Shown here: one piece after another, positions 29,226 through 39,009 of the stretch
Layout of the letters: each line of letters begins with the position of its first letter
Position numbering within the stretch: position 1 is the stretch's first letter
From: Saccharofermentanales bacterium
GTDB taxonomy: Bacteria > Bacillota > Clostridia > Saccharofermentanales > DTU023
Length of the DNA stretch: 64,000 nucleotides
Reading direction: 5' to 3'
Assembly (NCBI GenBank): GCA_050951845.1
Contig: JBMNJV010000005.1
Coordinates: forward strand, 193,569-257,568
Program-made: the position numbers and the translations under genes
Notes under the pieces: model-generated
What the model saw: the letters and a program-made list of their open reading frames with translations, nothing else
Told to the model about the DNA's origin: nothing
Database searches by the model: none

Positions 29226-31509
29226 ACAGCTCCTTCTTTTTTGCATCATTAAAGCGATCTACGGTTCCTACAAGATATCCCGTGATGCGACGAATACGCT
29301 GAAAGCGCGGCCCTTCATGCTCTTTCCTGCCACAGCCCGGACATACATCACCGATAATTCCGCTGTAGCCGCAAAGCGGATCATGATCGATCGGGTGATT
29401 AATTGATCCGTAGCCTATTTCTCGTTCTTTCATATAAAGAATTAATTGTTCAAAGGCTTCCAGATTTTGGAGCGGATCACCGTCCATCTCAATATAGGAG
29501 ATGTGTCCGGCATTGGTTAAAGCATGATAAGGGGCTTCAAGATCAATTTTTTTGGTTGCCGCAATCGGAAAGTAGACGGGAATATGGAAAGAATTCGTGT
29601 AATAATCACGATCAGTAATCCCGGGCAAATTCCCGAAACGCTCCCGATCAAGATTTACAAATCGCCCGGAAAGCCCTTCCGCCGGAGTCGCCAGCAAAGT
29701 GTAATTTAATAACTCCGCCTGAGTACGCTCATCACATTTTTTGCGCATATGAGAAATTATTTCAAGGCCCAGTTCCTGACTTTCAGCGGATTCACCATGA
29801 TGACTTCCGGTTAAAGCAACAAGGCATTCTGCCAACCCGATAAAACCGAGAGAAAGTGTGCCATGCTTCCAAATTTCCGTTAATTCTTCATCCTCTGACA
29901 AGTATTCGGAACCCAGCCACAAACCCTGTCCCATGAGAAAAGGGTAATTTTTTGCTTTTTTTCTGCGCTGAATTTCGAAACGCTGGCGTAATTGACGGAA
30001 AACAAGATCCATTGTTTCATCGAGACTCTGATAAAATTTTTCCAGATCACCCCTCGCCTCAATTCCCAGACGTACCAAATTAATCGAGGTAAAGCTGAGA
30101 TTTCCTCTCCCCTTGGTACACTCGTGATTCGGATCATAAGCATTACTCATAACCCTTGTTCGGCAACCCATATATGCCACTTCGGAATTACTGTCACCCT
30201 CTTTGTAAAAAGCCAGGTTATAGGGCGCATCAAGAAAACTGAAATTGGGAAACAATCTTCTTGCAGATACTTTTACGGCCAGTTGAAACAGATCGTAATT
30301 CTTATCGCCTGATTTTGTATTTATACCATCTTTCACCTTAAAAATCTGCACAGGGAAAATCGCCGTTTCTCCTCTGCCCAAGCCGTCCCAGGTTGCATGC
30401 AACAATTCACGGATTACCAGACGGCCTGCCTCTGATGTATCTGTTCCATAATTAAGTGAACTGAAAGGAACTTGTGCTCCCGCTCTTGAATTCATCGTAT
30501 TCAAATTATGAATCAAGGCCTGCATCGCCTGATTCGTACTGCGAATCGTACGTTTATTAACAATATCCAACAACGCATACTCCATCTTTTCTTCCGGCAG
30601 CTCTGCCATTACATCCAACAAGTCATCATAACTCTTGTTTTTCAGGTTGTTCAGCAGTTCTGTATCAAAGTTTCCTGAATTATCCCTATCGGAAGATATC
30701 GTATTCCGAACGCTCATCAATTCCTCAATACTATTCAGAACATCTGCAAGATGCTTGCGAAAGCTTTTATTCACACCCTCCGCCATAGCATAATCAAAGT
30801 CCGGGATACTTTGACCGCCATGCATTTCATTTTGATTTGCCTGTATTGCAATACAGGCAAGAGCAGCATAACTTTCAATACTTTGCGGTCTCCTTAAATG
30901 TCCGTGGCCGGTTGAAAATCCTTGTGCGAAAAGCTTTTGTAAATCAATTTGACAGCAAGTTGCCGTCAACATGTAAAAATCTTTGTCATGGATATGGATC
31001 AAGCCGTCAGTATGTGCATGTGCCATATCTTCCGGTAAAACATAGTTATCAACAAAAGATTTTGCCCCCTCGGAGCCGTACTTCAACATAGTACCCATTG
31101 CAGTATTGCCGTCTATGTTGGCATTTTCTCTTTTCAAGTCACTGTCGAGCGAGTCGGTAAAAGTAATTTGCTTATAGCTCTCCATGAGATTGTTTGCTGC
31201 CTGTCTGCGTTTAGCGTGCTCAGCTCTGTAAAGAACATAAGCTTTAGCCGTACGTACCACACCGAAACTCATCAACTCGAACTCAACAATATCCTGGATC
31301 TGCTCTACTCCCGGAGTATCTGCACCTTTAAGCTTGTCTACAACATTGCCGGTAATTGTGTCTAAATCCTGATCGCTCATTGTTTCACTTGGTATTGTGC
31401 GATTTGCTTTATTGATAGCTTCGCGGATTTTATAAGCATCAAAGGGCATCAATGAGCCATCGCGCTTGAGAATATTCTTCGGGTATGCTAACCCTGCTTT
31501 CTTTAACAT
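29200..31509 (-). CDS. nrdD: anaerobic ribonucleoside-triphosphate reductase (class III)
   Basis: It has an N-terminal ATP-cone (ILKRDGSLMPFDAYKI), a C-terminal Zn-ribbon (CGYSGIIGDVCPGCG) and a glycyl-radical region (RRITGYLV). Confidence 0.95.
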   Translation of the reverse strand: MLKKAGLAYPKNILKRDGSLMPFDAYKIREAINKANRTIPSETMSDQDLDTITGNVVDKLKGADTPGVEQIQDIVEFELMSFGVVRTAKAYVLYRAEHAKRRQAANNLMESYKQITFTDSLDSDLKRENANIDGNTAMGTMLKYGSEGAKSFVDNYVLPEDMAHAHTDGLIHIHDKDFYMLTATCCQIDLQKLFAQGFSTGHGHLRRPQSIESYAALACIAIQANQNEMHGGQSIPDFDYAMAEGVNKSFRKHLADVLNSIEELMSVRNTISSDRDNSGNFDTELLNNLKNKSYDDLLDVMAELPEEKMEYALLDIVNKRTIRSTNQAMQALIHNLNTMNSRAGAQVPFSSLNYGTDTSEAGRLVIRELLHATWDGLGRGETAIFPVQIFKVKDGINTKSGDKNYDLFQLAVKVSARRLFPNFSFLDAPYNLAFYKEGDSNSEVAYMGCRTRVMSNAYDPNHECTKGRGNLSFTSINLVRLGIEARGDLEKFYQSLDETMDLVFRQLRQRFEIQRRKKAKNYPFLMGQGLWLGSEYLSEDEELTEIWKHGTLSLGFIGLAECLVALTGSHHGESAESQELGLEIISHMRKKCDERTQAELLNYTLLATPAEGLSGRFVNLDRERFGNLPGITDRDYYTNSFHIPVYFPIAATKKIDLEAPYHALTNAGHISYIEMDGDPLQNLEAFEQLILYMKEREIGYGSINHPIDHDPLCGYSGIIGDVCPGCGRKEHEGPRFQRIRRITGYLVGTVDRFNDAKKKELYDREKHSL

Positions 31510-31559
31510 AAAAAACTCCCTTCCGACAGAAGAGAGTTATCAAAGACACAGAAAAAATC

Positions 31560-31750
31560 AATCAAAAATCTGTAATATTGCTTACCCGCTCCTGCCATCC
31601 ATCGTGACACGGATAACTTTCAAGACACATATTCTGGCTTCGCTCCCCTTCCACCCTTCCCAAGCCCGAGGCTCAGTGGTTATGTGAAATTCGATAAGCG
31701 TTACAGCGGCGGGACCGCACAGGATTTACACCTGTTTCCGTGTACGTCTT
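31560..31750 (-). promoter_or_regulatory. cobalamin (B12) riboswitch in the nrdDG leader
   Basis: The minus strand reads ACGGAAACAGGTGTAAATCCTGTGCGGTCCCGCCGCTGTAACG ... CCACTG ... GGGAAGG ... GCGAAGCCAGAATATGTGTC. This matches the conserved cobalamin-riboswitch core and B12 box. The RBS GGAAGGGAG can pair with the upstream AACTCTCTTC. Confidence 0.8.
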
Positions 31751-31764
31751 TTGACTGCTTGAAA

Positions 31765-31812
31765 GTACTATATGTAGTTGTCCTTTAACTTTTCTACCAT
31801 ACATGTTGTAGT
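31765..31812 (-). promoter_or_regulatory. two putative NrdR boxes overlapping the nrdDG promoter
   Basis: The 16-mers at 31765-31780 (core ACTACATATAGT) and 31797-31812 match acaCwAtATaTwGtgt at about 11/16 and 10/16, with centres 32 bp apart. Box B lies in the spacer of TTGACT (31814-31819)-17-TAGAAA (31791-31796). Confidence 0.35.
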
Positions 31813-31901
31813 TAGTCAAGAATTTTGACAAAATATTCAGCCATTATAATTTTTTATTAATTGCTTTTTGCGCAAGGCATAGTTCCGTCCGGAATCCGGA
31901 C

Positions 31902-31939
31902 AAAATAAAAAAACCACCTCCACAATAAATGAAGCGGTC
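31902..31939 (-). terminator. rho-independent terminator (ppdK side), possibly bidirectional
   Basis: On the minus strand, ACCGCTTCA-TTTATT-GTGGAGGTGG (with G-U pairs) is followed by TTTTTTTATTTT. On the plus strand the same hairpin is followed by CTTTTTATTT. Confidence 0.55.
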
Positions 31940-32133
31940 TTTTTATTTCTCCTCATGATCTGCTCGAACAGCTGTTCATTTCGAGTCTGTATATTATGAG
32001 TATTATCTGCCTTAAATAACCTGCAATTAATACCTGATAATATTAATTTTATTGAACAGAATCATATATATGTTCGTAGCGAATCATCGAGCCTGACTCG
32101 GTGAGCGTGAACATATATATGATCTTCGAATAA

Positions 32134-34755
32134 TTATCTGGGATTCTTAATTTGTGCTTGCGCAGCTGCTAATTTGGCAATCGGTACACGGTATGGCGAG
32201 CAGGAAACATAGTCGAAATTCAAGCTATGGCAGAATTCTACAGCACCCGGATCACCGCCGTGTTCACCACAGATACCCAAACTGATATCAGGTTTAGCCT
32301 TGCGCCCTTCAGTTGAGGACATTGTCATCAAACGACCGACACCTTCGATGTCCAGGTGAGCTGTCGGATCTGAATCATAGATACCGCGATGGATGTAAGT
32401 ATCCAAAATCTTACCGGCATCGTCACGGGATAAACCGTAAGACATTTGAGTTAAGTCATTTGTACCGTAGCTGAAGAAATCTGCTTCCAAAGCGATCTTG
32501 CCGGATGTTAAAGCAGCTCTCGGGATCTCGATCATTGTACCTATATGATATTCTAAGTTTTTGCCGCTTTCAGCAATCAGTTTATCAGCGGTCTTTGAGA
32601 TGACTTCTTTTAAGAATTCAAATTCTTTGACATCACCTACTAACGGTACCATGATTTCCGGAACAATCGGTTCAGCATCGGTAGTTTTTGCTAATGCAGC
32701 ACCGATAATCGCAGCTGTTTGCATTTCAGCAATTTCCGGATAAGAGATAGCCAAACGACAACCTCTGTGGCCGAGCATCGGGTTGATTTCTTCCAAGTTG
32801 CGCATTTTCGCTCTCAGATCAGCAACTGCTATGCCCAGATCATTTGCCAGTTCTTCAATTTCTTCATTCTCTGTAGGTAAGAATTCATGGAGAGGCGGGT
32901 CTAACAAACGAATTGTTACCGGTTTGCCTACCATTACTTCAAAGATACCTTCAAAGTCTGCTTGTTGAACCGGTAAGATCTGATCCAAAGCAGCTCTTCT
33001 TTCTTCTTCACTATCAGCAACAATCATGCGACGGAAAGGTAAGATACGGTCTGCCGCAAAGAACATATGCTCGGTACGGGTTAAACCGATTCCTTCAGCA
33101 CCTAAATCGATCGCAGTTTGTGAATCTTCCGGTGAGTCAGCATTAGTTCTGACTTTTAATACTCTGATTTCATCAACCCAGTCCATGATTGTTTTCATGT
33201 GATCCGAAATTTCAGCTTTAACAGTGTCAATTTTGCCGGCATAAACAAAACCGGTTGAACCGTCTAATGAGATTTGGTCACCTTCATTGTATGTTACGCC
33301 TTCAATGGTCATTGTGCCTGCAGCTTCATCGATCGAAACAGCACCACAACCTGCAACACAGCAAGTACCCATACCGCGAGCGACAACAGCTGCATGAGAT
33401 GTCATACCGCCACGTACTGTCAGGATACCGGTAGAAGCATGCATACCTTCAATATCTTCAGCTGAGGTTTCATCACGGACTAAAATTACACTTTTACCTT
33501 TTGCAGCTTCTTGACTTGCATGTTGAGCCGTGAAAACAATAGAACCCGTGGCAGCACCCGGTGAAGCCGGTAAGCCCTTGGCAATCGGTTCGGCAGCAGC
33601 CAGTTTTTCTTCGTCAAATTGCGGATGCAATAAAGTATTGAGTTGATTCGGATCAATTGTCATCAAAGCTTTTTCTTTGGAGACCAGGCCTTCTTCAACC
33701 ATTTCAACTGCGATGCGCAATGCAGCTTGAGCAGTACGTTTGCCGCTTCTGGTTTGCAAGATAAACAATTTTCCGCGTTCAATCGTGAACTCTAAGTCCT
33801 GCATATCACCATAATGTTTTTCTAAGACTTCACCATACTCCTCAAATTGATCATATAATTCTTTTGATTGTTCTTCTAAATGAGAAATCGGTTCAGGTGT
33901 ACGTACACCGGCAACAACGTCTTCACCCTGAGCATTCATCAAATATTCACCGTACAGAATGTTTTCGCCTGTAGCAGGATCTCTGGTGAAAGCAACACCG
34001 GTACCGCATGTATCGTCCATGTTGCCGTAAACCATTTCTTGTACGTTAACGGCTGTACCCCATTCAGCAGGGATATTATTCATACGACGGTAGTAGATTG
34101 CTCTGTCATTATTCCAGGAACGGAAAACTGCCGTAACAGATAAAACTAATTGTTCAAACGGATCTGTCGGGAAATCCGAACCTGTTTGTTCTTTATAAAT
34201 TACTTTATATTCTGCAACTATTTTTTCTAAGTCATCAGCTGTTAAATCTGTATCAAGCTCAATACCTTTGGCTTCTTTTGCAGCATCAAAGACTCTTTCG
34301 AAGTTAGCTTTGTCTATTTCCATAACAACGTCACTGAACATCATAATGAAACGACGGTAGCTGTCCAAAGCAAATCTTCTGTTATCGAACAATTTGGTTA
34401 ATCCGTCAACAACTTCATCATTTAAGCCCAAGTTTAAAACTGTATCCATCATACCCGGCATTGATGCTCTGGCACCTGAACGTACTGAAACCAATAAAGG
34501 ATTTGCAGGATCACCGAAAGTTTTTCCGGTTTCTTTTTCTAATTTTCCTACCGCTTCTCTGATTTCCTCTTTAATTTCTGATGCGATTTCTTCGCCGTCT
34601 TGATAATAACGAGTACAAGCTTCAGTTGTAACAGTAAATCCTCCGGGTACAGGCAGACCTAAATTGATCATTTCCGATAAGTTAGCACCTTTACCTCCGA
34701 GCAATTCGCGCATTGTCGCATTGCCTTCCGTGAACATATAAACATATTTTTGCAT
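32134..34755 (-). CDS. ppdK: pyruvate, phosphate dikinase
   Basis: It has YVYMFTEGNATMRELLGGKGANLSEM, the phospho-His region GGMTSHAAVVARG and the C-terminal PEP-utilising domain. The ATG at 34755 lies 5 nt after GGAGGTG. Confidence 0.95.
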   Translation of the reverse strand: MQKYVYMFTEGNATMRELLGGKGANLSEMINLGLPVPGGFTVTTEACTRYYQDGEEIASEIKEEIREAVGKLEKETGKTFGDPANPLLVSVRSGARASMPGMMDTVLNLGLNDEVVDGLTKLFDNRRFALDSYRRFIMMFSDVVMEIDKANFERVFDAAKEAKGIELDTDLTADDLEKIVAEYKVIYKEQTGSDFPTDPFEQLVLSVTAVFRSWNNDRAIYYRRMNNIPAEWGTAVNVQEMVYGNMDDTCGTGVAFTRDPATGENILYGEYLMNAQGEDVVAGVRTPEPISHLEEQSKELYDQFEEYGEVLEKHYGDMQDLEFTIERGKLFILQTRSGKRTAQAALRIAVEMVEEGLVSKEKALMTIDPNQLNTLLHPQFDEEKLAAAEPIAKGLPASPGAATGSIVFTAQHASQEAAKGKSVILVRDETSAEDIEGMHASTGILTVRGGMTSHAAVVARGMGTCCVAGCGAVSIDEAAGTMTIEGVTYNEGDQISLDGSTGFVYAGKIDTVKAEISDHMKTIMDWVDEIRVLKVRTNADSPEDSQTAIDLGAEGIGLTRTEHMFFAADRILPFRRMIVADSEEERRAALDQILPVQQADFEGIFEVMVGKPVTIRLLDPPLHEFLPTENEEIEELANDLGIAVADLRAKMRNLEEINPMLGHRGCRLAISYPEIAEMQTAAIIGAALAKTTDAEPIVPEIMVPLVGDVKEFEFLKEVISKTADKLIAESGKNLEYHIGTMIEIPRAALTSGKIALEADFFSYGTNDLTQMSYGLSRDDAGKILDTYIHRGIYDSDPTAHLDIEGVGRLMTMSSTEGRKAKPDISLGICGEHGGDPGAVEFCHSLNFDYVSCSPYRVPIAKLAAAQAQIKNPR

Positions 34756-34808
34756 TTGCACACCTCCGTGATTTTTATTGCTTTATTTTGTATTTATTAT
34801 TGTTATAT

Positions 34809-34845
34809 AAAAAAACCATACTACCGGCATTATGCAGTAGTACGG
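34809..34845 (-). terminator. rho-independent terminator about 320 nt downstream of glyQS
   Basis: On the minus strand, CCGTACTACTGC-ATAAT-GCCGGTAGTATGG is followed by T7. Confidence 0.65.
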
Positions 34846-35168
34846 CTTATTAATAAATCAGTCATATTTCAGTTTCAGTTTCAGTTAAAGTTGTAATTTC
34901 TACAGCTCTTTTTCTCATATATAGATCGGCTCGTCAATTTCTTTTCATATTTATTTATCACTTTTTCAAATTCATAAAACAAACTATGAGGTATAATAGT
35001 GACTAAAAAAAGATTATCATTCTTGCCTGTTTTAGTCAAATTTACATGCTGTTATCTATGACAAGTTATCTTTTTTTTATATCGCTATGACAACAAAAAT
35101 AACTTGTCCTTTATACTGAAATCATTCATAAAGCAACAGGGAATATTTCAGCTTAATAATAACGAAAA

Positions 35169-36557
35169 TCAGTCAAGCTTTTCGCTGAAATAACTGACCA
35201 GATCGGCTATCGGAATACGAATTTGCGCCATACTGTCGCGTTCCCGAATCGTTACCATCTCATCTTCCAGCGAATCAAAATCAAAGGTCACGCAGTAGGG
35301 TGTTCCGATTTCATCATGACGACGATATCTTCGGCCGATAGATTGACGATCGTCAAATTCACAAGTGAATTTCTTTAACAGCATTGTATATACTTCATTT
35401 GCCTGTTCGGATAATTTCCCCGACAAAGGTAATATCGCAATTTTAACCGGCGCCAGATCATTATGCAAACGTAAAACCGTTCTGGTACTGCCATCTTCCA
35501 GCTCTTCTTCATCATATGCATTACATAAGAAAGTTAAAAACATGCGATCAACTCCGAGCGACGGTTCCACGACATACGGAATGTACTCCTCATTGGTATG
35601 AGGATCGCGATAATAGAGATTTTTGCCGCTATGCTCAATATGTTGTTTCAAATCAAAATCCGTACGGTCGGCAATTCCCCATAATTCACCCCAACCGAAA
35701 GGAAATTGAAATTCGAAGTCGGTTGTCGCAACGGAATAATGAGATAATTCTTCCGGTCCGTGATCTCTTAAGCGCAGATCTTCTTTTTTAATTCCCAAGT
35801 CAAGCAACCATTGCATACAGAAATCCCGCCAATATTCGAACCATTCCAAATCGGTTCCCGGTTTACAGAAAAACTCCAATTCCAATTGTTCAAACTCACG
35901 TGTCCGGAAAATAAAATTCCCCGGTGTTATCTCATTTCTGAATGATTTGCCGATTTGGCAAATACCGAAAGGAATCTGTTTTCTCGAAGTTCTCTGCACA
36001 TTACGGAAATTCACGAAAATACCCTGAGCAGTTTCAGGTCGTAAATAAATTTCTGCTTGACTATCTTCGGTAACACCTTGAAAGGTCTTGAACATCAAAT
36101 TGAATTGACGAACTTTGGTGAAATCTTTTTTGCCGCAGCTCGGGCAAGGAATCTCATTCTGCACAATATACTCACTTAACTGTTCATTGGAGAAACCTTC
36201 GACACTATCTGTAACTCCGCGATTTTTATTATAATCTTCAATTAAATTATCTGCACGATAGCGATTGCGACATTCTTTGCAATCGATCAAAGGATCAGAA
36301 AAACCTGCAACATGACCGGATGCTTCCCAAGTACGTGGATTCATCAGAATTGCAGCATCGATTCCTACATTATACGGATTTTCGGTAACAAATTTTCGCC
36401 ACCAGGCCTTTTTGATATTATTTTTTAATTCAACACCGTAGGGACCATAATCCCAGGTATTTGCCAAACCGCCATAGATTTCCGAACCCGGATAGACAAA
36501 ACCGCGATTTTTTGCCAAATTGACAATTGTTTCCATGGATTTATCTTGTGCTTTCAT
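35169..36557 (-). CDS. glyQS: glycine--tRNA ligase (alpha2 homodimeric type)
   Basis: At 462 aa it shows the typical N-terminus [42 protein letters not shown] and class II motifs. Confidence 0.95.
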   Translation of the reverse strand: MKAQDKSMETIVNLAKNRGFVYPGSEIYGGLANTWDYGPYGVELKNNIKKAWWRKFVTENPYNVGIDAAILMNPRTWEASGHVAGFSDPLIDCKECRNRYRADNLIEDYNKNRGVTDSVEGFSNEQLSEYIVQNEIPCPSCGKKDFTKVRQFNLMFKTFQGVTEDSQAEIYLRPETAQGIFVNFRNVQRTSRKQIPFGICQIGKSFRNEITPGNFIFRTREFEQLELEFFCKPGTDLEWFEYWRDFCMQWLLDLGIKKEDLRLRDHGPEELSHYSVATTDFEFQFPFGWGELWGIADRTDFDLKQHIEHSGKNLYYRDPHTNEEYIPYVVEPSLGVDRMFLTFLCNAYDEEELEDGSTRTVLRLHNDLAPVKIAILPLSGKLSEQANEVYTMLLKKFTCEFDDRQSIGRRYRRHDEIGTPYCVTFDFDSLEDEMVTIRERDSMAQIRIPIADLVSYFSEKLD

Positions 36558-36594
36558 AATATCTATGTCTCCTTTTTAACGTATTCCGTTCAGT

Positions 36595-37059
36595 TTATTC
36601 TTCATCCTGATCAGCTTGAATATCATCACCGAATGCAGCATTTTCATTGACTAAGCGTAAAAACTGCTCTGCCAGATTTTTGTTGACTTCTTTTTCATCT
36701 TCCACAAATTGAGTTCTTTCAAGCATCCTTTCACGAGCTTGAATGCGTTCTGCATTGCGTTTATTCTCGGCATGCTGAACTTCTCTGCGTTTTGCTTCAG
36801 CTTCCAATTCCGCATTCAATCTGGCCGCTTCAACTTCAGGACGCAGAGGTACTTTAATATCCTGCTGTCCTTTAACGGCTTTGACTTGATCTTCTTTAAT
36901 CTCTTGTGCTGCCAGAGAAACAAAATTATCAGTTTTTTGTTCAACCAGAGGCTGTGCTCCGTCAACTAATTGTCTTGCTCTTTTTGCGGTCAACATTGCC
37001 AATACATATCGATTTTCGGCTTTAGGTAATAATTCTTCTATTGATGGTTTAGTCAGCAT
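36595..37059 (-). CDS. rpoZ: RNA polymerase omega subunit with a long charged C-terminal extension
   Basis: The N-terminal 60 aa (PSIEELLPKAENRYVLAMLTAKRARQL) are RpoZ-like. The gene follows gmk, as in the yloC-remA-gmk-rpoZ block. Confidence 0.85.
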   Translation of the reverse strand: MLTKPSIEELLPKAENRYVLAMLTAKRARQLVDGAQPLVEQKTDNFVSLAAQEIKEDQVKAVKGQQDIKVPLRPEVEAARLNAELEAEAKRREVQHAENKRNAERIQARERMLERTQFVEDEKEVNKNLAEQFLRLVNENAAFGDDIQADQDEE

Positions 37060-37103
37060 AATTTCTTTCCTTCCCTGACATATATTTTGTTTTTATCAGT
37101 CAT

Positions 37104-37736
37104 TTATAAATTAAAAAGTTGTTCAAATTCTGCAGATTGATTGTAATATTTGCATTCTTCAGCAATAATAATCGCTTCAAGTTTTGAAACCGTATCCTCT
37201 ATTTTATCATTTAGGATTGCGTATTCAAATTTTTCCACATGAGAAATCTCAACTTCCGCTTGTTTGATTCTGGCTTGAATCTGATTATCCGTTTCCGTAT
37301 TTCGTTTCATTAATCTATCATGCAGAGAATCCATTGAAGGCGGCAACAAAAATACCATTAATGCATCAGGAAATATTTTTTTCACCTGTAAAGCACCGGC
37401 AATTGTAATATCCAGGATTACATTTTGTTTATTGCGAATAAATTCACGAATCGGTCCTACCGGTGTTCCATAATATTCACCCGAATAGATATCAAATTCC
37501 AAAATTTCTTTTTTGGCAATTAATTCCTGAAATTCAGCGGTAGAGCAAAAATAATAATCAACTCCGTCTTTTTCATCTCCGCGCGGATTACGAGTTGTCA
37601 TTGAAATTGACAATGCAAAATCTTGACGCTTTTCCATGAATTTGTTAATGACCGTACCTTTGCCAACACCTGAAGGTCCGGATACACATAATATTTTGCC
37701 TCGTATCATTGTGCTGTCCATCCTACTAACCGTCAC
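37104..37736 (-). CDS. gmk: guanylate kinase
   Basis: It has the P-loop SGPSGVGKGT. The start may be an internal Met (MIRGK). Confidence 0.9.
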   Translation of the reverse strand: MTVSRMDSTMIRGKILCVSGPSGVGKGTVINKFMEKRQDFALSISMTTRNPRGDEKDGVDYYFCSTAEFQELIAKKEILEFDIYSGEYYGTPVGPIREFIRNKQNVILDITIAGALQVKKIFPDALMVFLLPPSMDSLHDRLMKRNTETDNQIQARIKQAEVEISHVEKFEYAILNDKIEDTVSKLEAIIIAEECKYYNQSAEFEQLFNL

Positions 37737-37980
37737 AAGCTGTCTCGATGATCGAGTTTAGTTGTTCAACCGTCCGCGAAGATAGAATTAAGTGGTCACT
37801 ATCCATAATCAAAACGGAAAGATTTTTTTTGCCATAAGTTGTATCAATCAAAGTCCCGCGTTCACGTGCTTCCTGAATCATTCTGCGAATCGGGGCCGAA
37901 TCTGCAGCAACAATCGCAATCAATCGTTGCAAAGAAACAACACTGGAATCTCCTACTTTGATAAATGTCGTGCTTTCCAC
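37726..37980 (-). CDS. remA: RemA (DUF370) family biofilm/extracellular-matrix regulator
   Basis: SAPIRRMIQEARERGTLIDTTYGKKNLSVLIMDSDHLILS closely matches the RemA/YlzA pattern. Confidence 0.9.
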   Translation of the reverse strand: MESTTFIKVGDSSVVSLQRLIAIVAADSAPIRRMIQEARERGTLIDTTYGKKNLSVLIMDSDHLILSSRTVEQLNSIIETACDG

Positions 37981-38087
37981 CTATGTCACCTCATAATTAT
38001 TTTCAATTCTGCTCAAATCCTTAAAAATAATTGCTACAATTGTTAAGCATAACAGAAATCTTTAATACTCTCAATTAATCGTAAAAA

Positions 38088-38972
38088 TTATTCAATATTT
38101 TGGACTTGCTCCCTGATTTTTTCAATAGTTGATTTCATTTCTACTATCATTTGTGTAATTTCCAAATCATTGGCTTTAGAACCAATTGTGTTGGTTTCAC
38201 GCAACAATTCCTGTACCAGAAAATCCAGATTTTTACCGATCGGTTCATCAGATTCCAGCATACTCAAAAATTGTTCGAGATGGCTTTTAAGCCGGATGAT
38301 TTCTTCCGTCACATCGGCACGATCTGCAAAAATCGCAATCTCTGCCGCAACTCGCTGACCGTCATAATATTCTTCCAAATTTTCATCCATCAAATTGGCC
38401 AGGCGTTCTAAAAGACGTGCTTTATGATATTCAGGCACGGTTTTGGCACGCAATGAAATTTTTCCGACAATACTTTGCATTTTTTCGATTCTTTGTTTTA
38501 AATCCGCAATCAGATGTATTCCTTCAGCTTGTCTTGCTGCATCGAACTCTTGCAAAGCCTGTTCACACGCCTTGAGCAGAATCGGTAAATATCTGTTTGC
38601 ATCCAAACTCTGTTCCGCTTTAGCAATCAAATTATTATTTCTTGCTAATAATCCGGCTTTCGATGCTATTTTTTCACCGGTTAATTCTTCGATTTCATTA
38701 TATATACTCAAATAGGCTCTGGCATTGGTCAAATCCAATTTAAGATTTTCTTCGCTTAATAAATCTTCATAACTGATATTAATATCAACATAGCCGCGAC
38801 TGATATAAGTGTCAATTAATTTTCTTATTTCAGAATCAAAAGGATTGAGAGTATAAGGCATATGTATCCTCAAATCTCTATTTTTTTGATTAACGGATTT
38901 TATTTCAACAGAAATTGTCAGATCATCCTCTGTTATCAGGGCCTTGCCGAAACCTGTCATGCTTTTTGCCAT
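38088..38972 (-). CDS. yicC: YicC/YloC family endoribonuclease
   Basis: It has the N-terminus MTGFGKA and the C-terminal DUF1732-like LVQELLRETNTIGSKAND. Confidence 0.85.
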   Translation of the reverse strand: MAKSMTGFGKALITEDDLTISVEIKSVNQKNRDLRIHMPYTLNPFDSEIRKLIDTYISRGYVDINISYEDLLSEENLKLDLTNARAYLSIYNEIEELTGEKIASKAGLLARNNNLIAKAEQSLDANRYLPILLKACEQALQEFDAARQAEGIHLIADLKQRIEKMQSIVGKISLRAKTVPEYHKARLLERLANLMDENLEEYYDGQRVAAEIAIFADRADVTEEIIRLKSHLEQFLSMLESDEPIGKNLDFLVQELLRETNTIGSKANDLEITQMIVEMKSTIEKIREQVQNIE

Positions 38973-39009
38973 TTATTGTAATTCCTCTCGATCATCTAAG
39001 ACTGTTTTG

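Noticed and set aside
36558-36594. T-box leader for glyQS.
   Set aside because: The gap to rpoZ is only 37 nt, leaving no room for a T-box. glyQS appears to be co-transcribed with the upstream genes.
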